A stretch of 64,000 nucleotides of DNA from a virus: positions 1 through 64,000 of the IMG/VR virus record IMGVR_UViG_3300027741_000027. One strand, written 5' to 3'. The notes under the pieces are model-generated. The model had not been told where the DNA came from. It did no database searches and saw only the letters and a program-made list of their open reading frames with translations. Each line of letters starts with the position of its first letter. Positions within the stretch are counted from its first letter, which is position 1. This document shows, one piece after another, positions 40,844 through 49,557 of the stretch. Both the position numbers and the translations under genes were made by a program.

Positions 40844-43390
40844 TTACATAAACAGAGCAGAGTCATCTGAATCTGCCTGAGTTGTTGCGGGAGCAGTACT
40901 TGCCTCCCTAACTAGAGACGGAAGCCTCTTAGCTGTCCGCGCCGACTTCTTAAGGCCCGCTGTCTTAACGCGATTAGCGTAAATCAGTGAAGCCTCAACA
41001 ACTGCGGGCGCTGCCTTTTCAAGCTCAGCAACTCTTGCATACTTCTGTGAAGCGTCAAGAATGCCAAGTTCGATCTCAGTATCAGCCAACTTGAAGGCCG
41101 ACATGATATGAGCGGTGCTATCATTACCATCACCAAAAGCATGATCCTTAGAATCAACTCCAGTTGGGTAAAATTCCTTACTATTCTGATCGTGATAGAA
41201 ACTCTTATTCTGAGGATCTACTGGATCAGCCTGACGAGTTACCGCGCTATTACCATCTGGGAAAGTAGCTGTTGGGCCAGAATCCTGAGTGGTAATTGCA
41301 TATGGTCCCATGCTATCTGTTACATCAATGCGGTCATCAGCCTTACCCATTGGGTCGGAAGGCTCCACGCCGCGAACATCTGATACAACCCATGATGAAG
41401 CCTTTGCTGCTGGCTCATGCATTGTAAGAGGCGTAGCGCTATCTGAGTTAAATACCTGATAGCTACTTACGTCAGTTACTGGGTCTTGCTGACCGAGTGA
41501 ATCGCCCTCATTTGCACCAAAAGTATCTGTGTGGATAGCTTCAATGTTTTTTGAGTGTTCATCGCCCTGATCAACTTGTACTGTCTTTTCATTGCCAGTG
41601 CCAACACCAGAAATGCCACCAATATCGGTAACATTAACTTGAGCGTCAGCCTTGGATGCGTCTTCATTTGAAGCTCCACCAACGCCACCAGTTCCGACTA
41701 CATCAGTATTGTAGTCAGGCTTGGCAACAGCCGGTGCGCTTGTCATTGCGTCAGCGATATGTGTTTCCATGTTGTTCCTTTTTCTGTTACCAGCAGCCGC
41801 AAGGAAATCCGATGCGGTGCGAACTGATGATGTGACGGGCCTTATTTGATCCTTCACAACATAGTCTTGCGGCTCATTAGACGCTGGTGGCGTCTGAACC
41901 GGAAGTATTGGTCGTTCAATTTTATTGATTTGTGAAATTTTTGTGTCGAATACTGTCCATTCGGCATCTGTTACATGAGAGAGCGTAGGCAAATTATTAG
42001 TATCAACATCTAAAGTTGATAAAGATTCTTCATTTGCTTCTTCTGATTCGTCACGCCTTTTAGCGGCGCTAAGATCTGGATCGCCAAAACCTTCAGGCTC
42101 TGCTTCATAACCACAAACGTCGCACTGTGGGCCATCCATAATTTCGCCACAAATGTCGCAAACCTTATCTTCGCGCAAAGTATCTACTTCTTCAGGAGCG
42201 CGAGTTTTAGTGATCTGTGGCTTATCATTAGAAGTTTTTTCACTCTTATCATGGCCAACTTCTTTGCCAACAACGGATTCCGCCCAAGAGCGACCTGAAT
42301 CTCCGCCCCAAAGCATCCAAGCGGTTTTCCAAGGTGAGTTACCTTTGCCGCCATCATCTGGGCGAGTTTTATCATGACGCTCAAAGAATGAATGCATACG
42401 CTTAACATGATCAAGGCTTAGAGCCTTGCCTGAAGCGATATCATGAGCACGACCTTTGGTTGCAGATTCAAGACCATCGCCAGCCTCGCCAGCTTCAACC
42501 ATTTCAAGACCACGACGAGCATTGTTTTGTACTGACTCTGGTGGAGTAAACCCTTCAGACGCAAATTTATTCATAGAAGCTTCCTTTACATTAGAACGTA
42601 CCTCGCGGATAAGAGCCGTCTCATCGGCGGGGTCAAATACTGCTGAAATCTCAAAGAACTTAATGCCGTAGCAGTCCTCATATGATTTCTTTGAAGTTTT
42701 ATGACCCGTCTCAGGATCGATGTAATCGCACATAGCGCCCTTCATGCGAACGTGGTTGCAAAACTCATCAGGAGTAGTTGCAGAGTTCTTGCAGATATTG
42801 CAAACAGAGCGCTCTACGTCACATCCCATTGAGAAACCATCAATGCCATTCTTGGCATTCTTTGATCCGTCAATAATTGCCTTAGCAAGCTTAGGGAATG
42901 ACTTAGCATCTACTTCAAGAAGAAGCTCAACCCAAGTTGGGGGAGTGTGATTAGAAGGAGCGTCGCGATAATAAGAATCTTTTTGAGCGGCAGTTTTATG
43001 ATCGTCTACATGAAGCTTTGCATCAACAATAACCCCACGCGCACGGGAGGGATCTGAATTATGATGATCTACAAAGATTGGCTTGCCAATGAAAGTAGAA
43101 AATCCATATTGATCATTAGCATTGGCGTTAACAGTGAATCCGCCAGTAGAAGAAGTGTGACGATCAAAAACATCCTGACCGCCAGCAAGCTCTACTGAGG
43201 GCCAGCCGTCATGATTTTTATTTACTCTTGAAGAAATGGCACGAATACGAGCGTAAAGATAACCATCTTCAGTACGATAATCTTCAAAAGCAGCAATTTT
43301 AGAAAGAGAAGCAGAGGCATCGCGCTCTGCTGAACCTTTAATCTCTAAAACTTTGCTGACCTCTAAAGAGGCGTATTTTGTGAATGCCAT
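40844..43390 (-). CDS. Prohead protease/scaffold fusion
   Basis: FIGKPIFVDHHN...RGVIVD, VELLLEVD, GFSMGC, FFEISAVFDPADETA; long acidic scaffold-like C-terminus; upstream of the capsid genes. Confidence 0.75.
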   Translation of the reverse strand: MAFTKYASLEVSKVLEIKGSAERDASASLSKIAAFEDYRTEDGYLYARIRAISSRVNKNHDGWPSVELAGGQDVFDRHTSSTGGFTVNANANDQYGFSTFIGKPIFVDHHNSDPSRARGVIVDAKLHVDDHKTAAQKDSYYRDAPSNHTPPTWVELLLEVDAKSFPKLAKAIIDGSKNAKNGIDGFSMGCDVERSVCNICKNSATTPDEFCNHVRMKGAMCDYIDPETGHKTSKKSYEDCYGIKFFEISAVFDPADETALIREVRSNVKEASMNKFASEGFTPPESVQNNARRGLEMVEAGEAGDGLESATKGRAHDIASGKALSLDHVKRMHSFFERHDKTRPDDGGKGNSPWKTAWMLWGGDSGRSWAESVVGKEVGHDKSEKTSNDKPQITKTRAPEEVDTLREDKVCDICGEIMDGPQCDVCGYEAEPEGFGDPDLSAAKRRDESEEANEESLSTLDVDTNNLPTLSHVTDAEWTVFDTKISQINKIERPILPVQTPPASNEPQDYVVKDQIRPVTSSVRTASDFLAAAGNRKRNNMETHIADAMTSAPAVAKPDYNTDVVGTGGVGGASNEDASKADAQVNVTDIGGISGVGTGNEKTVQVDQGDEHSKNIEAIHTDTFGANEGDSLGQQDPVTDVSSYQVFNSDSATPLTMHEPAAKASSWVVSDVRGVEPSDPMGKADDRIDVTDSMGPYAITTQDSGPTATFPDGNSAVTRQADPVDPQNKSFYHDQNSKEFYPTGVDSKDHAFGDGNDSTAHIMSAFKLADTEIELGILDASQKYARVAELEKAAPAVVEASLIYANRVKTAGLKKSARTAKRLPSLVREASTAPATTQADSDDSALFM

Positions 43391-43419
43391 ATCGCCTCTT
43401 AAGTGTGGGATAAACTAAA

Positions 43420-43596
43420 TTATTTAGTTACAATGTCCCGAATTGACTTTTCTGCGTCATAAGTCAATGATTTAAAGGTGGCTTTGCAGCCCTTTTCTTG
43501 ACGCTCAGGAAGACCCCAAGATTCAATTAAACCAAGTACCCGGCCCCGAAGAGTATTAAACTCTTTAATAATAATTTCTTCGGAGTCAAGGCTCAT
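43420..43596 (-). CDS. 58-aa protein (absent from the ORF track)
   Basis: MSLDSEEIIIKEFNTLRGRVLGLIESWGLPERQEKGCKATFKSLTYDAEKSIRDIVTK; ATG 1 nt after the upstream TAA; fills the gap. Confidence 0.7.
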   Translation of the reverse strand: MSLDSEEIIIKEFNTLRGRVLGLIESWGLPERQEKGCKATFKSLTYDAEKSIRDIVTK

Positions 43597-43597
43597 T

Positions 43598-44620
43598 TTA
43601 TCGAGTCACTAAAGCGTGAATATAATCTCCGTCGCGCTTAATGCGAGCTACGCGAAAACCTTGATAAGTATTTTCAAGCTGAGCTTTAGCCATTCTAATG
43701 CTTACATCGCGATTAGGATCAGCCTTAGAAGCTGTAAATGACATCACTGGGCCTGAAGCTGAGGGGGATGCAGGAGCGGCTGCATTTGATGCTGTTGAAG
43801 CGCCGCAAGAGCATGGTTGACCGGGAGGGCAAGTGCAGCTTTGACCAGACATAGGAGCGCCTACTGGACCTGAGGCAGTGCCCATAGCAGGTGCGCCCAT
43901 AGCAGCAGGAGGCATTGAAGCATTAGCTTCACGTTTGCTGTCGCAATGCTCACAAGCACCCTTTTCGCATTCGCCTTCGCAGCTAGCAGTTTTAACTGAA
44001 GCAAATGAAGGTGAACCAACAGGGGTCATACCGGGCTTGTTAGGAACCTCACCGGGCTTAAGTTTAGCGCCTGAACCTGTTGGAAGAGGCTCTGATTTGC
44101 TAGGACCCTTTGGACGCTTAGGAGCAGGTGCAGCAGGAAGATCAGCAGATGGACCCTCTGGCATTTCATCCATATCTTCGCCCTTTTCGCTAATTCCAAG
44201 AGCATCAAGAAGAAGGTCAATCTTCTTCTCAAGTTCAGCAATCTTTTTATCTTCTGAGCGCTCATGCTTTTCTACATGATCTTCGCCCTCATGCTCTTCC
44301 ATTTCTTCAAGGGGTGATTCATTCATTTCATGCATGTCATCATGAAGGTCGGCGGGCGATTCATCAATATCTTCAAATGCGCCAGCGGCAGTCTTCTTGC
44401 AATGCTGACAACCTTTATCCTCGCAATGCTCGCAAGGCTTTACATCTTCATTTGAAGTCTTAGGAACAAGAAGCTTGGCAACCCAATGACCGCCCTGATT
44501 GTGAATGCTGGCAATTTTAGTTCCAGCTTGGAACTGACTATGATTCTGAAGCGAAAGAAGGGCTTCATGCTGAGTGAGTCCTGAAGCGGACTTAACGATG
44601 CGGGTTGTATAATCCATCAC
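43598..44620 (-). CDS. Putative internal head protein with Cys clusters and H/E- and P-rich tracts
   Basis: CEHCEDKGCQHC, CEGECEKGACEHC, CTCPPGQPCSC; AAAGGA RBS. Confidence 0.65.
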   Translation of the reverse strand: MMDYTTRIVKSASGLTQHEALLSLQNHSQFQAGTKIASIHNQGGHWVAKLLVPKTSNEDVKPCEHCEDKGCQHCKKTAAGAFEDIDESPADLHDDMHEMNESPLEEMEEHEGEDHVEKHERSEDKKIAELEKKIDLLLDALGISEKGEDMDEMPEGPSADLPAAPAPKRPKGPSKSEPLPTGSGAKLKPGEVPNKPGMTPVGSPSFASVKTASCEGECEKGACEHCDSKREANASMPPAAMGAPAMGTASGPVGAPMSGQSCTCPPGQPCSCGASTASNAAAPASPSASGPVMSFTASKADPNRDVSIRMAKAQLENTYQGFRVARIKRDGDYIHALVTR

Positions 44621-44653
44621 TTGTTATCCTTTAGATTTAAGTTGTTTTTAAGG

Positions 44654-47600
44654 TCAGCAACCGAAAAGAAAGTAATCGGGGTCTGAATCGGCATAGTGAG
44701 TGCCTTCTAAATTAAGCTTGTCTGAATTGCGAGCTTCGCCATACTCATCAATAAGTTCACGCTGCTGCATAGGTGTGTAATGCTGTCCGGCTGTTTTTAG
44801 TGACGAAACATTACGCCCTTCTTGATGCTCTTTTACTGTATAAATTTGTTGCATGTAATTTTCACCGGCTTCTACGGTTGGCACATGATGATATGGGCAT
44901 TCGCCGGGTTCAAAATCTCCGCCCTCAATATTAAATTGACATGCTGGAGTTTCTGGGCAAGCCCAAAAACCAACGGTTGCCTTCTTTGTAGAACTACCGA
45001 TTTGAATATGAGGCGTTGAAAGGTCTGAATCCTGACCGGGAGCAGTGACGTTCTTAGTGTCAAGATTTTCCTCAATGCCAGCCGGATTATCTTCTGACCC
45101 AAAATCAGTTGAAACAAAACGATAACCGTTAAGATCTGCTTCTTTGCGATCAATTTCAATTGTGGTACGAAGTCCGCCATTAGATTCAATTTCATAAACA
45201 ACGGCATCTGGCTTAACTTCAACTACGCGACCAACATCTGGGATTTCATAATTATGAGCATAAATTTCATATTCCTTGCCCTCTTGAAGCGGTTCGCCAG
45301 AATCGTCTGCCCAAGTATGAGTAGAGTCATCTTCTTCTAATTCTTCAGGCTCGCTAAAAGAATCAACAGATCCGGGCATAACTTCCATTGGGCCTTCATC
45401 AAGATTCAAAGCCTGATAAAAACTAGCAGTTGTGCTTGTATCTGTTGAAGTACCATCAGAAGGAATTAGATTCTTATCATCCCATTTATGACCGCATGAG
45501 CGACACTCGCATCCACCGCTAGATTGATTTACAACACCGGTAGTGTGACCATCACATTTAGGGCATACGCTAGCGGCAGAATCGGCAGCATGTTTAAAAA
45601 TAGATTTAAGCATATCATTTCTTACATGAGACATGATTGGGGGCTGCATAGCGCCGGGGCCAGCAGGGTTAAGATCAGCAGGCGTAGGTGCACTCATATC
45701 AGGAATTCCGGGTGCAGGACCACCGGGGCCGAGAGGACCGCCCATACCCATATCTCCACCGGGAGGTGCTGGTGCGCCGGGTGCGCCCATGCCCTGCATT
45801 TGCTCTTCTGGGCTAGGAGCCATATCTTCTGGAGCGGCATCAAAAAGCTCATCTTGATTAGCAATCTCTGCCCAAATTTTAGTAATCTCTGGATTAGAAG
45901 GCTCATTAAACATCATATCTTCTAATTGGGCAACTTGTTCTTCATCAAGTTCCCCAGCCTCAAATAATTCGTGAAGGCGCTCAATAAATGCATTTTGTTG
46001 TTCATCTGTATGAGGACCCTGTGTATGTGATCCTTGTTTCTTTTGTTGAATTTGTTGCATAATTTGTTGTTCAGTCTGCTGCTGTTTTTGTTGATTGTTT
46101 TGAGTTAACTGCTGAGCTTGCTGTTGTTCTTCCGGAGTAAGGGGAGCAGTCTTATTAATTAGGTTAGGGGAAGTCTGTGTTTCCCAGCCTGCCGAAGCTC
46201 CAGCAGCATTTGCAGGACCAGCTTGAGGATCAAAACCATGAGTTGAAGGATCTATTACATTTGGTTTTTTCTGTTTAGGCATTTGAGTAGGATCAGGAGT
46301 TAAAGGCATTCCATCTCTTGGAACAAGGGTTTTTGGTCCAAAAACGGCAACGCCTGTTTTTTGAATATCGCGGTCGGATCCATTTAAGATTAGTAAAATT
46401 TCGTTTTCTTCAGGAGCAACATCGGGTAGATCAAGATAATCTGGAAATAATTCGTTAAACGCTTCATGAAACTCTTGAAGGTCGGGGTCGTCAATGCCTG
46501 ATTCTTCGGAAGAATAAAAATGTAATAATTTTGGTAAAGCTTTTGTAAGAATTTCAATTAAATGATCCTCACTATGACTTTCTTTAAATGGCTTATCTTC
46601 GCCCGTTCGACTTTGACCGATTCCATTTACAGAAAAATCTTTTTGCCAATATTGATTATCTCCGTCTGTCTTTGTATGCGGATCTACATTGTGAGGATCG
46701 GTAGTATCTTTTCTTTCACTAATTGAACTTGGGCTTTCAAATTCGTCTCCATAAGTAGCATTTTTATCAAAAGATAAATATTGCCATCCAGTGTCCGCAG
46801 GTTGATCAAAAGATTGTCCTCCGCTCATAGCAGGCTGTCCTCCGCCACCAGAGTTTTCGCCATCATTGCCTTCACCATCATCACTTTCGTCACCAATGCC
46901 AAGTAATTTTTTGACGCCTTCAAACGCAGCCATATTTTTACCTTTACTAAGGGCACCTTTAGCCAAAGAAGAAAGTCCTCCTAATAAGCGTCCGCCACCA
47001 AGAGCGGCCTCACCTGCGCCCAGTGCTTCTGCGCCTAATCCAGCGGCTCCAGCAGCCTCAGCAGCACCAGCAGCACCAGCAGCGGCTCCGCCAATTCCTA
47101 AACCAGACAGTGCAGCAGCGGCGGCTTCCGGTAATAAAGCTAAAAGTGGCCAAAGGGCTTCTTTACGAACTGATGCGGATTTATTTAAAGCGGATAAATC
47201 GTCAGTTCTTGCAATGTGATTAATAATGTCGGCCATATGAGGATCCTCTACTCCGATTTGAACTGAACCTTGTGTAATTTTTGGTCGAATAACTGACCAA
47301 TACTCTTTATAAGGCCGAAGTTTGCCATTTTCCTCTGGGTTCTCTACCCAAGCATTAAGAGCGATTAAAGCCTCATGTAAATTATCTGTAATACCTTCAG
47401 GCATTGGCATAGAATATTTGTTAGCGGCCTCTGTAAGCTCTTTAGAAGGCTCTACAACGTCAACGATATCCCAGCCTAGTTGCTCAACAGGAAAATTATC
47501 TGGTTCTTCATCAAGCCAAGGCGCTGTAGCAACTTTATTTGTTGATTGATTAGGCTCAGCTTGAGCGTTTTCAAAATCTTCAACAACTTGATCCCAAAGA

Positions 47601-48043
47601 TCTTGATTGTCATTATCTCCGGGATCGCTCCAGCTATGCTCGCCACTACTACGAACAGAGCCAAGCATTTCATCTCTGCCCATAGAGCGATCAGATCTAT
47701 CTCCGGGCTTCCACTGATTATCTTTTACAGGATGAGTTTCGCCAAGGCCAGCAGGTTCAGTTGCTTCATCAAGCTCAGCGATTTCTTCCCAATCCATTTC
47801 ATCCTTAAGCCCAGCAAGAATTCCTTCTTTCAAAGAATTGCCGCCCTGATCTTTACCATCTTCAAAAGTATTGCGTTCTTTCATTTCTTCTTCAACGGGA
47901 TTGGGCCGCCCGCGATAAGGACGATCCCGACCCTCAGTTTGCACTGTCTCAGGTTGAATTTCGCCTTGTTGAAAGAAAACCGTTCGCCCATTTTCAGGCG
48001 ATTCAATTTCGTCGTAGTGGTGCTCAGGACCTTTATGATCCAT
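44654..48043 (-). CDS. Large acidic putative internal head/ejection polyprotein
   Basis: 1129 aa mosaic of acidic, G/A-hydrophobic, Q-rich, P-rich and Zn-ribbon segments. Confidence 0.65.
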   Translation of the reverse strand: MDHKGPEHHYDEIESPENGRTVFFQQGEIQPETVQTEGRDRPYRGRPNPVEEEMKERNTFEDGKDQGGNSLKEGILAGLKDEMDWEEIAELDEATEPAGLGETHPVKDNQWKPGDRSDRSMGRDEMLGSVRSSGEHSWSDPGDNDNQDLWDQVVEDFENAQAEPNQSTNKVATAPWLDEEPDNFPVEQLGWDIVDVVEPSKELTEAANKYSMPMPEGITDNLHEALIALNAWVENPEENGKLRPYKEYWSVIRPKITQGSVQIGVEDPHMADIINHIARTDDLSALNKSASVRKEALWPLLALLPEAAAAALSGLGIGGAAAGAAGAAEAAGAAGLGAEALGAGEAALGGGRLLGGLSSLAKGALSKGKNMAAFEGVKKLLGIGDESDDGEGNDGENSGGGGQPAMSGGQSFDQPADTGWQYLSFDKNATYGDEFESPSSISERKDTTDPHNVDPHTKTDGDNQYWQKDFSVNGIGQSRTGEDKPFKESHSEDHLIEILTKALPKLLHFYSSEESGIDDPDLQEFHEAFNELFPDYLDLPDVAPEENEILLILNGSDRDIQKTGVAVFGPKTLVPRDGMPLTPDPTQMPKQKKPNVIDPSTHGFDPQAGPANAAGASAGWETQTSPNLINKTAPLTPEEQQQAQQLTQNNQQKQQQTEQQIMQQIQQKKQGSHTQGPHTDEQQNAFIERLHELFEAGELDEEQVAQLEDMMFNEPSNPEITKIWAEIANQDELFDAAPEDMAPSPEEQMQGMGAPGAPAPPGGDMGMGGPLGPGGPAPGIPDMSAPTPADLNPAGPGAMQPPIMSHVRNDMLKSIFKHAADSAASVCPKCDGHTTGVVNQSSGGCECRSCGHKWDDKNLIPSDGTSTDTSTTASFYQALNLDEGPMEVMPGSVDSFSEPEELEEDDSTHTWADDSGEPLQEGKEYEIYAHNYEIPDVGRVVEVKPDAVVYEIESNGGLRTTIEIDRKEADLNGYRFVSTDFGSEDNPAGIEENLDTKNVTAPGQDSDLSTPHIQIGSSTKKATVGFWACPETPACQFNIEGGDFEPGECPYHHVPTVEAGENYMQQIYTVKEHQEGRNVSSLKTAGQHYTPMQQRELIDEYGEARNSDKLNLEGTHYADSDPDYFLFGC

Positions 48044-48051
48044 GAGATATC

Positions 48052-48813
48052 CTAGTACTTAACGCTAGCGTCTGATGTACGGGCGTTGAGCCTGAAAATA
48101 GTTGGCCAAAGTACATCAGTCGTACCACCAAGAACAAATTTAAACCTAATGTAAGGACTTACGATCTCTTCAGTAAATTTGGCACTAAATCCAGTCACCG
48201 TTCCAGTTGGAGTGTCAATGACTCCGGAATTGCTAGTATTATCCGTAACTACCGTACTTTGGTAATCCCAATTTTTACCATCTGGGCTTTGCTGAATGTA
48301 AAGAGTGCCAGCATTATTACCAGAAGATGTACTTACGCCGTAATTAAATACTGTGCCATTAAGCTTGTCGTGAGTGTCGGTTTTAATAAAATCAGTTGTA
48401 ATAGTCCTGCTTCCATTGTTAGTAATGTCAACAAAGGTGTAAGCAGTTGAACCTGTTGACCAATAAGCTGAAGATGAAGATGGTGTGTTACCAACATTTC
48501 TATCAATCAATGAAACGTAGTAAGTAGTAGCTGTTACTTTGGTTGAAGATAGTGCAGAAGCAAGGGGGCGACTCAAACCAATTGTAGTTGAATTAATCGA
48601 CGTTACCGTTGTACTTGATTGAATTCCGCGTCCATTAAGGGCGGAAATGGTCATTCCAACTGCAAAGTCATTTGCAGAGTTAACGGTAATTGTTGAAGAA
48701 TCTACAGTTCCGGTAGCAGTTGTATTAGCAGAAGTTCCGTATCCAACGACGTCGCCTTTGTTATAAGTTGTATTACTATCGTAAAAGTAAATGTTTGCGC
48801 CAAGATATGCCAT
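48052..48813 (-). CDS. Virion structural protein with CBM5/12-like motif
   Basis: YDSNTTYNKGDVV...YYVSLIDRNVGNTPSSSSAYW; C-terminal beta-sandwich. Confidence 0.6.
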   Translation of the reverse strand: MAYLGANIYFYDSNTTYNKGDVVGYGTSANTTATGTVDSSTITVNSANDFAVGMTISALNGRGIQSSTTVTSINSTTIGLSRPLASALSSTKVTATTYYVSLIDRNVGNTPSSSSAYWSTGSTAYTFVDITNNGSRTITTDFIKTDTHDKLNGTVFNYGVSTSSGNNAGTLYIQQSPDGKNWDYQSTVVTDNTSNSGVIDTPTGTVTGFSAKFTEEIVSPYIRFKFVLGGTTDVLWPTIFRLNARTSDASVKY

Positions 48814-48852
48814 TCTATAAGTTATTCTTTCGTATTGGGTTATTTAGTAGGT

Positions 48853-49557
48853 TTATGTAAACGATACAATTGAGAATGTCAAGGTAGCGGTTAATGGTGT
48901 AATGCTTGTACCTTGAGTATGGAATCCCCAAAGATTGAAAAAGTCATATTGAGCTGCATAAACGTGCATTGATACCGTAGAAGCAAAAGAAGCAGCACCA
49001 AGAAGTGGAGTTTCTGCAAGGTTTGCACTTGGTGTTGTCATTCCAGTATAAAAGTTAACTAGGTAATTCGCCCCACCAGTAGGTGAATAATGCCTAATAT
49101 GCGTCCATCTGTTTCCTGTTGTGCTTGCACTTGGCCAAGTTATTAAACCGCTTATATGAATCCAACAAGCTTGTTTTACTTGCACAAATCCGTTTGCTAT
49201 GGATCCGCCATTGGTAGGGGTAGCCGTTACTATTTGAGTATTAAGTGCAGTATTACCAGAATCAGTTGAAACGGTATTAGTAGCTAAGTTTATATTAGTA
49301 AGTGTGGCAGTTGTCATAGACGCGGTTGTTCCTGTTAATTTAACAAGATCTCGTTTATCAACATAAGTTTTGGTTGCAGCATCATTTGCAGTTGTTGGAG
49401 CGGAAACGTTTGTAATTTTATTAGTATTAGCGGTAATAGACGCAGTTGCAGGACGATTAGTCGCAAGGTTATCCAAAGTTAAAGCAGTTGACAAATCACC
49501 ATAAGCAATAGTTCCATCAGTAATGTCAGTACTTGTTGTGTTAGGATTGTAAGTCAT
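48853..49557 (-). CDS. Fibre-like virion protein
   Basis: T-rich; NKITNVSAPTTANDAATKTYVD fibre motif. Confidence 0.6.
   Translation of the reverse strand: MTYNPNTTSTDITDGTIAYGDLSTALTLDNLATNRPATASITANTNKITNVSAPTTANDAATKTYVDKRDLVKLTGTTASMTTATLTNINLATNTVSTDSGNTALNTQIVTATPTNGGSIANGFVQVKQACWIHISGLITWPSASTTGNRWTHIRHYSPTGGANYLVNFYTGMTTPSANLAETPLLGAASFASTVSMHVYAAQYDFFNLWGFHTQGTSITPLTATLTFSIVSFT

Noticed and set aside
43420-48848. ACTAAATAA (43428-43420 and 48848-48840) as a T4-like late promoter
   Set aside because: The first copy is the Thr-Lys-stop end of the 58-aa ORF; one remaining copy in AT-rich DNA is not evidence.
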